Positions 54,707 to 64,000 of a stretch of DNA of 64,000 nt are shown piece by piece (position 1 is the first letter of the stretch; each line of letters opens with the position of its first letter). The notes under the pieces are model-generated. The model ran no database searches, was not told where the DNA came from, and was given only the letters and a program-made list of their open reading frames with translations. Position numbers and translations under genes: made by a program. The stretch covers positions 1,782 through 65,781 of IMG/VR virus record IMGVR_UViG_3300021090_000015; one strand, given 5' to 3'. The stretch comes from a virus.

Positions 54707-55033
54707 ATGAGCGCAGGAAAGCTAATCCGAAAGTTTATCCTCTGCACTGGCGAGTGTGTGCAAGCTGATCATCTCTCCGATTACCCGAATAGTCATATCA
54801 TCGGAGAGCTGCGGTATCTATCGGATGACGGGCTGAAGGTGACGTCCCTGGCGCGCTGGGAAGAGTCTATTAGCACGAACGCTGCACTCCCGATTAATCC
54901 AGAGGTAGATATCGATGTCATTGGCGATGCACGTAATATCAAATGCAGATATCCACGATGCCGGAATAAGAAAAAGGATTGGAAGATTGGACGAGCTGCC
55001 CTGGTGCAGCTATCCCAGCGTTATCAGCTATAA
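54707..55033 (+). CDS. Putative late regulator (homolog 18407)
   Basis: Sequence similarity and synteny. Confidence 0.55.
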   Translation: MSAGKLIRKFILCTGECVQADHLSDYPNSHIIGELRYLSDDGLKVTSLARWEESISTNAALPINPEVDIDVIGDARNIKCRYPRCRNKKKDWKIGRAALVQLSQRYQL

Positions 55034-55128
55034 TGAATTACAACTGAATATCGTTTGCAGTCCTGGCTAAAGGCTGGGACGGTCTGTCGGTCGATGCACC
55101 CGGCGTCCTTGTGACGTCGGGTGTTTCG
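55029..55128 (+). promoter_or_regulatory. Structured late leader and terminator (copy 3)
   Basis: Same motif series as 18735. Confidence 0.65.
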
Positions 55129-55148
55129 CTATCAACAAGGAGAATACT

Positions 55149-55466
55149 ATGCTCGCTTTTTTTATCGCTCTTCCAGATGATGCCAAGATCTTGATCCTGG
55201 CATTGATTACGTCATTACTCACTGCGTTGTTTGGTTTTATATTCGTTAAATGGGGTGTCGATCTGCGAGGCTTCACGGTTGAGTTGGCTGCTGTGCTTGC
55301 CGCGATCGTTGTTACGGTGTTTGAGTTTCTTCTCAAGTTACTCGCCTTCATACCAGATGAGATCCTTACAACGATCATCCATCTGATTGTCTTGGCACTT
55401 AGTGGCTATGGTGTGGCCTGGTTCCTGTATAAGGTCCACACGCCAGGTTATCGCAGTCTGCGTTAG
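55149..55466 (+). CDS. Holin-like membrane protein
   Basis: About 3 TM segments; position. Confidence 0.5.
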   Translation: MLAFFIALPDDAKILILALITSLLTALFGFIFVKWGVDLRGFTVELAAVLAAIVVTVFEFLLKLLAFIPDEILTTIIHLIVLALSGYGVAWFLYKVHTPGYRSLR

Positions 55467-55468
55467 TC

Positions 55469-55807
55469 GTGCCATACTCGTCCCTGCGCAAGTGCACTTA
55501 TCCTGGCTGTAACGTGCTAGTCAAGAGTGGGAGATGTCCAGCACATTCGAGCAAACACATCGTCCGCGATCCTGCGATCAAGAAGCTGTACAACAGTCCG
55601 CAGTGGAGGGCGATGCGTGCTGCTCATCTCGAAGTATATCCATGGTGCGTGGATTGCTTGAGCGCGGGAGAGGAAGTCCGTGCCACTGAAGTAGATCACA
55701 TCAAGCCTCACCATGGTGATCCGACACTGTTCTTTGACGATAAGAATCTCGCGTCCCGTTGCAAGCCTCATCACTCCAGGAAAACCGCAAAGGAAGTTTG
55801 GCGATGA
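55469..55807 (+). CDS. Terminase-associated HNH endonuclease
   Basis: VDHIKPH.GD..LF.D..NL. Confidence 0.85.
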   Translation: MPYSSLRKCTYPGCNVLVKSGRCPAHSSKHIVRDPAIKKLYNSPQWRAMRAAHLEVYPWCVDCLSAGEEVRATEVDHIKPHHGDPTLFFDDKNLASRCKPHHSRKTAKEVWR

Positions 55808-55935
55808 TGAAGAACGCCCCCCGTCAACAAAAGTTTAAGTCTTTCACAGTAGAACGGATGATGGCTCGGACGTGTGAAAGAGTCCCCAATCAGCGCTGCG
55901 GGTTTTTTGGGGTTGATATGAGATTGTGACCTACG

Positions 55936-56397
55936 ATGCCGAAGAAAGTTGTATCGCCGAAGACCATGCAGGTGGGTAAAAAAGGTGGTGGAAAACACTG
56001 GACTAAAAAGGACATATCAGCGCGCGAGGAGAGTGCTAAAGCCTTCGAGCGCCAGGACAACGCGAGTATTACCCCTCCGATCTGGCTGACAAAGGATGCG
56101 CTTCCAATTTGGAATAAGAAGATCTCGGAGATTGCGGGGTTGAGTGGTGGCAAGGATATGCTCGATGCGCTGGATAGTGAGATCCTGGCGTTGTTCTGCG
56201 AAGCGGTGGCGAAATATAAGAAGGTGGCTAATAAGAGTCGACTCACTACTGATGATCATCGAATTCTGCAGACGTACATGCGGCGCATCCTGGAATATTC
56301 GGAGCGGTTGGGTTTCGCTCCATATGCGCGCACGCGTTTGATTAAGAAGCATGCAGATGAACCACTCAAGGATAAATTCGGGGAGAAGTTTGACTAA
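55936..56397 (+). CDS. terS: Terminase small subunit
   Basis: Homolog of 19883. Confidence 0.8.
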   Translation: MPKKVVSPKTMQVGKKGGGKHWTKKDISAREESAKAFERQDNASITPPIWLTKDALPIWNKKISEIAGLSGGKDMLDALDSEILALFCEAVAKYKKVANKSRLTTDDHRILQTYMRRILEYSERLGFAPYARTRLIKKHADEPLKDKFGEKFD

Positions 56398-58325
56398 TGC
56401 ATCCGGTCACACTTTACGCGATCAATTCAGTGGAGCAGACGATCGTTACCGGACGATGGGAACGACTCGCATGTCTGCGCCATTTGTATGATCTATCGCG
56501 GGCCGGGCAACTGCCGGCATTGGCGGCGAAGCGGATCGAGAAGGCAACAGGGCGACCGGTGCCGCCGCGGGATACGGAGTGGCAGTGGATATTCGATGAA
56601 GAGCAGGCGACGTTTGTTGCTATCGAATGGTTCGAACAGTTGGTGCACGTGGAGGGACAATTCGCAGGGCAGCCGATTGAGTTGATCCCTGCGCACGTGT
56701 TCGAGATCGGTTGTCTCTTTGGGTGGGTATCGAAGCATGAAAGACTAAAGCGCGCCAATGGACGCGAAACAGGTTTACGCCGATTTAACTTTGCATTCGT
56801 GACCGAGGCGCGCAAGAACTCAAAGACCACGCGCGGTGCCGGTGTTGGCAATTACATGATGGTGGGCGATATGGAAGCAGCGCCTGCGGTGTACTGCACC
56901 GCTGTGGATCGCGCCCAGGCGAGAGTCCTATATAACTATTCGGCATCGATGGCAAACAAAAGCCGCGATCTGCGCAAACGCCTGTACATTGGAAAATATG
57001 AAATGAGGCACCGCATGCGTGGCGGACAAATGCAGGCATTCTCCGGAGAGATCAAGAACAAAGACTCGTTCAACCCATCGTGTGCATTCATCGACGAGTA
57101 CCACGCGCACCCGACATCGAAGCTGTTTGACCTCATGAGCACGGCACAGGGGCAGAGATCGCAGCCGTTGATCTACACCATCACAACCGCGGGGGATGAT
57201 GTCGAGAGTCCGTGTCACCAGGAATACGAATACTGCAAACTAATCATCGAAGGATCAGTCAGCGACAAAGGGGACGCAACCAAAAACGAACGTTATTTCG
57301 TGATGATCCGTGAGATGGATGAAAAGGATGACGAGCACGATCCTCGTAACTGGATTAAATCCAACCCACTGCGGGCATCGACTCCGAAGGGATTGGAAAA
57401 ACTAAAGCAACAACACGATACCGCTTTTGGTTCGAAGATCCCCGAGAAGATCCGTTCATTTCGGATTAAAAATTTAAACATCTGGCAGCACGGCAACGAG
57501 CACAGTTATCTGGGTGATTACATGGTGGGGGAGGGTAGCCAGCAATCGCAGTGGGAACGATGCGGGGTGTCGCGTGAAATATTCCTAGAGATGACGCGTG
57601 GGTTGCTGTGTATCGTAGGGGCGGACCTTTCGAAGACAGTCGATCTCACGGCGCTGGCGTTTGTCTTTGCATTGCCGAATGACCAGATCGGGATCACGGC
57701 GCATGGGTTTATGCCGGAGGGTGCGGTCGAGCGACACCGCAAGACGGATAAGATCCCATATCGAGATTGGGCAAAAGCCGGATGGCTGACGATCACGCAG
57801 GGAAATGTGACCGATTACAAAACACTGATCGAGCAGATCGAAGCGATCAATGGAAGATTACTTGCTGATGAGTTGGCATCAGATGATGAGCAGGAAAAGA
57901 AACAAGCGATGGCTCGACTCTTGAAACATCATTATGCGGCGTTGAATGGCTGGCAGGTGCATGAGTTTTGCTATGACCCATACAATGCGACGCATCTAAA
58001 AAACGAATTAGATGACCTGGGCTACACCACCATCGAGGTACGGCAGACGATGCCAAACCTAAACGAGCCCACTAAATTATTTCGAAATGCGGTAGCCAGT
58101 GGAAAGCTCGTACATGACGGCTCGCCGCTGTTGACCTGGTGCGTGGGCAACGCGCAGGAGATCGTCGATACGAAAGAGAACATCATGATCTCGAAGAAAA
58201 ATGCCGGCGACACCAAGCGGGTGGACCTGCTGGCTGCAGGGATCGATGGGTTGTTCAGAGTCCAGCCATTGCGCGAGATGACCAGTTATCAGGAGTATGT
58301 GAATTCGGATGAGTTCGGGTTATAG
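56397..58325 (+). CDS. terL: Terminase large subunit
   Basis: ARKNSKT, FIDEYH, GADLS. Confidence 0.93.
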   Translation: MHPVTLYAINSVEQTIVTGRWERLACLRHLYDLSRAGQLPALAAKRIEKATGRPVPPRDTEWQWIFDEEQATFVAIEWFEQLVHVEGQFAGQPIELIPAHVFEIGCLFGWVSKHERLKRANGRETGLRRFNFAFVTEARKNSKTTRGAGVGNYMMVGDMEAAPAVYCTAVDRAQARVLYNYSASMANKSRDLRKRLYIGKYEMRHRMRGGQMQAFSGEIKNKDSFNPSCAFIDEYHAHPTSKLFDLMSTAQGQRSQPLIYTITTAGDDVESPCHQEYEYCKLIIEGSVSDKGDATKNERYFVMIREMDEKDDEHDPRNWIKSNPLRASTPKGLEKLKQQHDTAFGSKIPEKIRSFRIKNLNIWQHGNEHSYLGDYMVGEGSQQSQWERCGVSREIFLEMTRGLLCIVGADLSKTVDLTALAFVFALPNDQIGITAHGFMPEGAVERHRKTDKIPYRDWAKAGWLTITQGNVTDYKTLIEQIEAINGRLLADELASDDEQEKKQAMARLLKHHYAALNGWQVHEFCYDPYNATHLKNELDDLGYTTIEVRQTMPNLNEPTKLFRNAVASGKLVHDGSPLLTWCVGNAQEIVDTKENIMISKKNAGDTKRVDLLAAGIDGLFRVQPLREMTSYQEYVNSDEFGL

Positions 58326-58405
58326 CTTTTAACTATTAGCTGTTAGCGATTGGTTTCTTGTTTATGGCGGATCGAGCCTGGTGAACAAGAATTTCAAGGA
58401 GAGAT

Positions 58406-58609
58406 TTGATGACCAATGAAGAGTTTGAAAATCTGCGCGAAGGCGATATTGTGCAAAACAAAGGCAGCGGGGTAGGCTATATTATTATTTCCAAATATAG
58501 AGATATGGCTATTGCCGTCAGAACGGTTGAATTAACAAACCCAGGAGAATGGGAGATCGTTCAAAAGCGTCTCGATTTAGTGAGATCAAAGAAGTCTCTT
58601 CTGAAATAA
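58406..58609 (+). CDS. Small hypothetical protein bracketed by TCTTGT/ACAAGA elements
   Basis: AAGGAG RBS; absent at the equivalent site in unit B. Confidence 0.6.
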   Translation: MMTNEEFENLREGDIVQNKGSGVGYIIISKYRDMAIAVRTVELTNPGEWEIVQKRLDLVRSKKSLLK

Positions 58610-58742
58610 TCTTGTTTTGCAGCTCCACCAGGTGGTTGCACAAGAAATCCATCTCTTGACAGTGCAATTGATTGACCTATAATTCGCATCGACAGCGTCT
58701 TGCGTGCCCCCCTCACGCCGGACGTTGTCGGTTTAAGAACCA

Positions 58743-58872
58743 TTGACTCCCCACCCCTTACGCTTATAATCCCATTAATCGAACAACAAAGGCAGTCCTG
58801 GTTTTAGATCGGGACGCATTATGTCGGAGGATGCCGCCCGACGACTCTCTCAATGAGTCGTCGGGTTTTTTT
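58743..58872 (+). promoter_or_regulatory. Promoter, structured leader and terminator (copy 4)
   Basis: TTGACT-16-TATAAT; CCCGACGACTC..GAGTCGTCGGG-T7. Confidence 0.7.
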
Positions 58873-58891
58873 ATTTGGAGCTTTATTCAAA

Positions 58892-59817
58892 ATGGCAAAG
58901 CAGAAAAGCGATGCACTCAGGCCTGTGACATTATATGTTTCAAAAATCGAGACTAATGAGATTTCCCTGGATTACATGGAGCGACCACGAGTTACGACGA
59001 TGGACCTGGAGATGACGCTCCAGGATGCGCAAATCCTTAGCGATTTTCTGCTTGAATCTTTAAAAGCAAAACATGTGGGTGCGGTGCTGGGTGCGGTGCG
59101 TGTGCGGTTCGAAGGTAATCTTGTGCATGGTTAGTCGTGAAACGGAGAGTTGATATGGATTCAATTAAATTTCTTTTGATCGTCACTGAAGCGGTGGGAT
59201 GGTACATCAATGATGCGCCAGAATCAAAAACTCAGGGGGCTAACCGTCGTAGAGCTGTGAGGGTCGGGAAAACTGTTTACGCTTATGACATCATCTCATT
59301 CGACGGTGTGCCATATGCGTATGTAGTTCCAGAGAATCCTTCTGCTCCGGAATGGGGACGTGTCGGTGAAAGAGGCAGTGTGATCTTCGATGACGAAGGT
59401 CGCTTCCAGTCGCAAGTGAAAGAAATCAGGGCATTCGTCAGGGTAGTACCGCTTCGCAGTGCAGACAATGATGTAGCGGCTGCCATACGCTACCTGGCGG
59501 ACACGATTAAAGAAAAGAAGTAGTAAGAACTCGAAGGAGACGAGATGACTGAAACATTATCTGGACAGATCACGGTAACAACGGCCGGAACTGCAGTGCC
59601 GGGTCCGGATATTCCGGGAGCGTGCTACGTGCGTTTTTTGTCTTCCAGCACAGGAGTGGGCTTCGTTGGGAACAATGGCGCCAATGATGTGGACTCTACT
59701 AATGGATACGAGCTTTCTCCTGGGAATGGATTGCCATTTCTTGTGACAAACCTAAAGGACTATTGGTTCGATGTTTCGGTGAATGGTCAGAAGTTTTGTT
59801 GGATCAGAGCAGGCTAA
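58892..59817 (+). CDS. Three hypothetical ORFs (58892-59134, 59137-59523 possibly SH3-like, 59545-59817)
   Basis: Co-oriented after the leader. Confidence 0.5.
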
Positions 59818-59857
59818 GCCTCGATGGATAGAATAAAGTATCTGTGCGGAGGTGGCT

Positions 59858-61042
59858 ATGCCTGATATACGAGTTAGGCGTTGGTGGAAGTTGGAAGAGG
59901 AGGGAGTGAGTGATGTTGTCGCTCCGACGGTGACGATTACCTGTACTCAATCGAGTCCTAGTTCTGCCAGTCCGTTGAATTTTACGTTCACGTTGAGCGA
60001 AGCATCTATGGATTTTACGATAAACAGCATCACGGCAGGAAAGGGAACGAAATCGAACTTTGCAGGCTCTGGAGTTTCTTATACCTGCGACCTTGCGCCC
60101 GATTATTCAGGCAGTGCCACAATGGATGTGGCGGGCGGAGCTTTCCACGATGCGGCAGGCAACGGCAACACGGCTGCGACTCAATTCGTGATGGTGGTAT
60201 TTGCGGCGGCTATTTCCCCGACGATTGGGGCTACGATTGTTACAGACGGCGACATGGAATCAGGGGTAGTTACAACATTTCCCGCCGTTAATTCGCCAAC
60301 AACACGCGAAAAATCAGGGACACAGAAACATGGCGGCGCTCAATCATTGCACATTATTACTGATGCAGTAGCGGAGGGAGCACAGCAAATAGAAACGGCT
60401 CTGGCGAATACATGGCATCACATAAACGCCTGGGGGTATGTGGTGAGCGGCGATTTACGAATTAAAGGTGCTTTCGCGTTTGCAAATATTTATAAACTAT
60501 TCAGTGCCGCTTCTTGGGTAGAGTTGTTTGGTTCTGATGTCACACTAAACGCAACCAATCCGCGTATCCAGTTCGTCTCTGATTTGGTCGCAATCTCTGA
60601 ATTTTATACTGATGATGTCTATGTTAAACCTCTGACAATGGCGACGTGTTTCGCAACCCCGCGAACAGGCGGAGCACTGGATACGGTTAGCGCAAAGGTT
60701 ACTTCCATTGATTTACACAAAATCGGCGTGGTAGCAAACCTGGATTCTATCTCCGCCCCGCTAAATTACGTGCTTGCAGTGGTGGATAAATATAGCAGTC
60801 GTGCATGGTTATATCAGATCAGTAATGGTGTCTATGCCGCCAAAATAAACGCGGCGGCGATCACCTATGTAGATGACAAACTAATTGAAATCCGCCACAC
60901 AGCAGCAACCACCTATCAACTTTGGTACAACGGTGCACAGGTGGGAGCCGATCAAACTATCAACGACGCAGCGATCAACAACAACACTCTCTATGCTCAA
61001 TTCTCAACGTATGCCGGGAATACGTTTACGTCTTTTATGTGA
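59858..61042 (+). CDS. Ig-like plus carbohydrate-binding-like virion protein (part 1)
   Basis: D..APTVTIT..F..SE..F...DAAGN.N (Ig); DGDMES (CBM4/9-like). Confidence 0.6.
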   Translation: MPDIRVRRWWKLEEEGVSDVVAPTVTITCTQSSPSSASPLNFTFTLSEASMDFTINSITAGKGTKSNFAGSGVSYTCDLAPDYSGSATMDVAGGAFHDAAGNGNTAATQFVMVVFAAAISPTIGATIVTDGDMESGVVTTFPAVNSPTTREKSGTQKHGGAQSLHIITDAVAEGAQQIETALANTWHHINAWGYVVSGDLRIKGAFAFANIYKLFSAASWVELFGSDVTLNATNPRIQFVSDLVAISEFYTDDVYVKPLTMATCFATPRTGGALDTVSAKVTSIDLHKIGVVANLDSISAPLNYVLAVVDKYSSRAWLYQISNGVYAAKINAAAITYVDDKLIEIRHTAATTYQLWYNGAQVGADQTINDAAINNNTLYAQFSTYAGNTFTSFM

Positions 61043-62601
61043 GCGACGGCTCAATCAAGACCGAGACCGTCGCGCAACAGTGGAAAATGGAAGATAACGC
61101 AGCAGATGCCATCGTTTCAGGAACCATCATTGGCGAACTTGTTGGGGGCAATACCGCCGATGTACAAGCCGCGTTGGGTGGTCATGGTTCATTCCATTTG
61201 GACGGGGCGGGGCAATATGTCAAGATCAATCTTGTGCCTGACCTGATGCGGGCGGATGAGATAGCACATCTCTGGACGAAATACGCCAGCAATCCGGTAT
61301 TGAGTGATGCAGCATCAATTCAATTCGGGCAGGTGATCAGGAACCAATCAGGCGGATGGTATTTTTTCGGAGCCTATAACGGAGGCTGTACCCGCTGGTC
61401 GTCGACTGACCTTATCACATGGACTGACCCGCTGGAAGTCTTTACGGGTGGTGGTGTGGGTGCGTGGGATGAATTGATTCAGGTGGTTTGTCCATTCCGT
61501 AAACCTGATAATTCGTGGGTGATGTTATATCGTGGTGCGGAGGGTAGTGGAGGTGGCTTGCAAATGGGAATGGCAACCAGCGCCAACGGCACGACATGGA
61601 CACGCAAAGACAACGGTGGCGTAAATGATGGGTTAATAAGCATGGGCGGGAACTATGACCCGACTTGTGTGATGCTAATTGACTCGACCTATCATATCTA
61701 TGTCAACGGATTGCCGGACCACGGACATACGAACCTTTACACTACAACCGATTTCAGCACCTTCACGCCCTACGCCAGCAACCCCGTTTTCGATAATGGC
61801 TTCTGCGGAACAGTCTGGAAGCATGGCAGTTATTACTACATGCTCATTCCCAGAGACTTGGGTACGAGTGCAAGTATTTTGCATGAACATGGATTAGCCC
61901 TGTATCGTTGTAGTGACCAATACTTCGCCTATGGCGTGCGAGAGTTTCTCGGCTATGTGGTGGTCAATGACCAAACCTATGATGACCGTTATTTGGATAC
62001 TCCATCGGTGCCTGTGACAGATGTCTATCGGGATACATTTGGAGCAGAGTTTGGCGACAATCTGCACGTCATCTACTCAGGTGACTTGACGGCGATCAAG
62101 CAAAATCTAGTGTCGTCAACGTTTACAGAACTGGCAGCGCGACCGGCAATCCCTGAATCGGAAACGGAAATATACCATCACGCAAAGCGGTCATTTAGCT
62201 TCAATATGCAGCTTGATAGTTTCACCGATAACGATGTTATTTTTAGCATCGGCAGCACAGTAGGTGATAGTAATCCTGTACAGTTGGCGCACTTTGTCAG
62301 TACCACCGTTCGCTTGTTGTTGGGTGGTGGTTATCGAGTTGGCACAGGAGGACTTGCGGCAAACGTTCCGTACCATATCGTAATTGTAGATGACATTTTG
62401 ACAACCTATGTTTATCTAAATCAGGTATTGACCGCCACAATCGCTTTTGAAAATCCGTCTACTGATGCCAATTGGCTCTTTATCGGCAATGGTGAAGGCG
62501 ACCAGCCGATAGATGGTTACGTGTGGGATTTTCGAATTTATCCCGGCGCGTTGACACAGGAGCAGGTAACGAGACTGTATCAAACTGGCAGGATAGAATG
62601 A
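61039..62601 (+). CDS. LamG domain with inserted 5-bladed GH32/GH130-like beta-propeller (part 2)
   Basis: F.LDG..QYV; KY.SNPV, W.D, MLY.G, ATS.NG.TW.R, YDP; FRIY..ALT..QV..LY. Confidence 0.65.
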   Translation: MSDGSIKTETVAQQWKMEDNAADAIVSGTIIGELVGGNTADVQAALGGHGSFHLDGAGQYVKINLVPDLMRADEIAHLWTKYASNPVLSDAASIQFGQVIRNQSGGWYFFGAYNGGCTRWSSTDLITWTDPLEVFTGGGVGAWDELIQVVCPFRKPDNSWVMLYRGAEGSGGGLQMGMATSANGTTWTRKDNGGVNDGLISMGGNYDPTCVMLIDSTYHIYVNGLPDHGHTNLYTTTDFSTFTPYASNPVFDNGFCGTVWKHGSYYYMLIPRDLGTSASILHEHGLALYRCSDQYFAYGVREFLGYVVVNDQTYDDRYLDTPSVPVTDVYRDTFGAEFGDNLHVIYSGDLTAIKQNLVSSTFTELAARPAIPESETEIYHHAKRSFSFNMQLDSFTDNDVIFSIGSTVGDSNPVQLAHFVSTTVRLLLGGGYRVGTGGLAANVPYHIVIVDDILTTYVYLNQVLTATIAFENPSTDANWLFIGNGEGDQPIDGYVWDFRIYPGALTQEQVTRLYQTGRIE

Positions 62602-62709
62602 ACATTCGATTATGAACGCCGCTGATTTAATCTTCTGGTCTATTATTCTCTCTGTTTGCACTTTGTGCGGGCTGATTGCAGGACTGACGCTACTCATAAG
62701 GAGTTTGTG

Positions 62710-63002
62710 ATGCAGATCTTTCAGATCATTTTTTGGATATTGATCGGGCTGCTCTATCTGGGTGTTCACTTTCCCTATCAGGAAATCCTGATAGGTATTT
62801 GCGCGCTGGTGATTGGCATCATGCAACTGGTGGAGTTTCTTCGAAAGTGAAAAAATATTTCGACGATATCTTTTTCTGGTTGGGTGCGCTGCTGATCACC
62901 GGCGGTGCCTATTGCATTCATCCGGCTGCCGCGCTTTTCTCTGCTGGTGTTTTTTGTTTGATTTTCAGTTACTTGATCGGAAAGGCTCAGGCAAATAAGT
63001 GA
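62710..63002 (+). CDS. Two small membrane ORFs (62710-62850, 62847-63002)
   Basis: Hydrophobic; the second is a homolog of 23688. Confidence 0.6.
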
Positions 63003-63544
63003 AATTATCAGAGCTGCGTGATCGGTTTGCAGGAACGCCTGCGGCGGTGCTGGGTGGGGGACCAAGCCTGCCGGATGATTTTAAGCGCATACCGCATCAA
63101 GCCATTCTGATCGCCGTTAATTATCATGCGTTCTATTATTGCCGACCCGACTTCATGGTCTATAACGATTGTCCGGAGTCTGACCCTCTGCTGGCAATTG
63201 CAGTACAGGAGCATCGCGCGGTGCACGTCAGCCCGGAACCGACCACGGATATCGTCTTCGATGTACCTATTTGGACCGGATTCTTCTCCTCGAATACAGC
63301 CACGTGGTTTGCACTGTGGATGGGATGCGATCCGGTGATCCTGTGCGGGATGGATTGTTACCAGGGCGAGAAAAAACACTGCGTGCCATCCACCCATGAT
63401 TCGCCATCATTCCATCATCCGCTTGATTTCTATACTCGTCCCTGGGTGGAGGATTGCCGTAACTCAGTGCCGCATCCGGAGCGCATTCGCGTGGTGAGTG
63501 GTCCGTTGGTGGATCTATTTGAAAGGTATGAGGTAGCGCCATGA
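62999..63544 (+). CDS. DUF115/MptE-like protein
   Basis: Homolog of 23143..23691. Confidence 0.7.
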   Translation: MKLSELRDRFAGTPAAVLGGGPSLPDDFKRIPHQAILIAVNYHAFYYCRPDFMVYNDCPESDPLLAIAVQEHRAVHVSPEPTTDIVFDVPIWTGFFSSNTATWFALWMGCDPVILCGMDCYQGEKKHCVPSTHDSPSFHHPLDFYTRPWVEDCRNSVPHPERIRVVSGPLVDLFERYEVAP

Positions 63545-64000
63545 TCGTCACCGGTGCATTGACTTCTCCAAAAGCGGCGCCGCCTGTGAAAACGGAATCG
63601 GTTCCGGACCAGGGCGGGAGTCTATATCTGGGACGCAGCCAGACGCGGGCGCAGCAGGTGATCAGCCCGGAGTTGGCGAAGCGCGTGGCGACGTACTTCC
63701 GCTGTTTGAACACGATCACCGATGACATCGCCAATATGCCGCTGCAACAATTTCAGCGCGTGAAACTCAATAATGGTCTACGGTTGACACAGCAAATCGA
63801 TCCAGACCCAAACACGCGTAACATCTCCTACCTGATCGAGGTCAAACCAAACCGCTGGATGAGTCCATTTATTCTGAAGAAAACTTCGATCATGTGGCTG
63901 CTCTCCTGGGGCAATGCGCTGATCTGGCAGCCGCCTCCGCCAGCGTCGCGCGAGTTATTCATCCTGCCCGCCAACGTGACTACACCCAAATTCGACCCAA
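63541..64000 (+). CDS. Portal protein (partial)
   Basis: Near-identical N-terminus to 23840. Confidence 0.9.
   Translation, partial: MIVTGALTSPKAAPPVKTESVPDQGGSLYLGRSQTRAQQVISPELAKRVATYFRCLNTITDDIANMPLQQFQRVKLNNGLRLTQQIDPDPNTRNISYLIEVKPNRWMSPFILKKTSIMWLLSWGNALIWQPPPPASRELFILPANVTTPKFDP

Larger units (their letters stand above)
44322..64000. mobile_element. Prophage unit C (partial, integrase to portal)
   Basis: Syntenic homologs of unit B int, membrane protein, SH3, rep, HNH, terS, terL, DUF115-like and portal. Confidence 0.88.

Noticed and set aside
1-64000. Diversity-generating retroelement or retron
   Set aside because: No reverse transcriptase motif and no TR/VR pair differing at adenines was seen.
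44322-64000. Assembly duplication of unit B
   Set aside because: Homologous genes carry many substitutions and different gene content, so these are distinct elements. A chimeric junction cannot be excluded without reads.

Overview
The window is a head-to-tail array of at least three related but clearly diverged temperate siphovirus-like prophages. Unit A is a tail/immunity-end remnant (1-7557), unit B is complete at 36,813 bp between repeats (7509-44370), and unit C runs from its integrase to the portal gene (44322-64000). The junctions are 49-bp copies of the 3' half of a tRNA-Gly(CCC) gene on the minus strand, each lying between an excisionase-like HTH gene and a tyrosine integrase. The host is probably an Anaerolineae-type Chloroflexota; this is an inference from repeat and attC style only. 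The main finding is in the early region of unit B: an integron integrase (IntI, 13207-14196) embedded in the phage operon and followed, co-oriented, by an array of about 8-9 gene cassettes. Their attC sites show the cassette signature, with each cassette's first bases complementary to its own R'' box. Five cassette ORFs read through their attC, four of them stopping at a TAA/TGA in the L' box, and in cassettes 1-3 the attC loop encodes a 4-Cys zinc ribbon. Other unexplained structure: a 73-bp gene-less module present twice in the array; a TCTTGT-N23/24-ACAAGA element (10 perfect copies) abutting accessory genes; three covarying hairpins whose conserved loop mimics the phage RBS; four promoter/structured-leader/terminator units before late genes; and six apparently leaderless immunity-region genes. 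All protein calls come from motif recognition by eye; no database searches were run.
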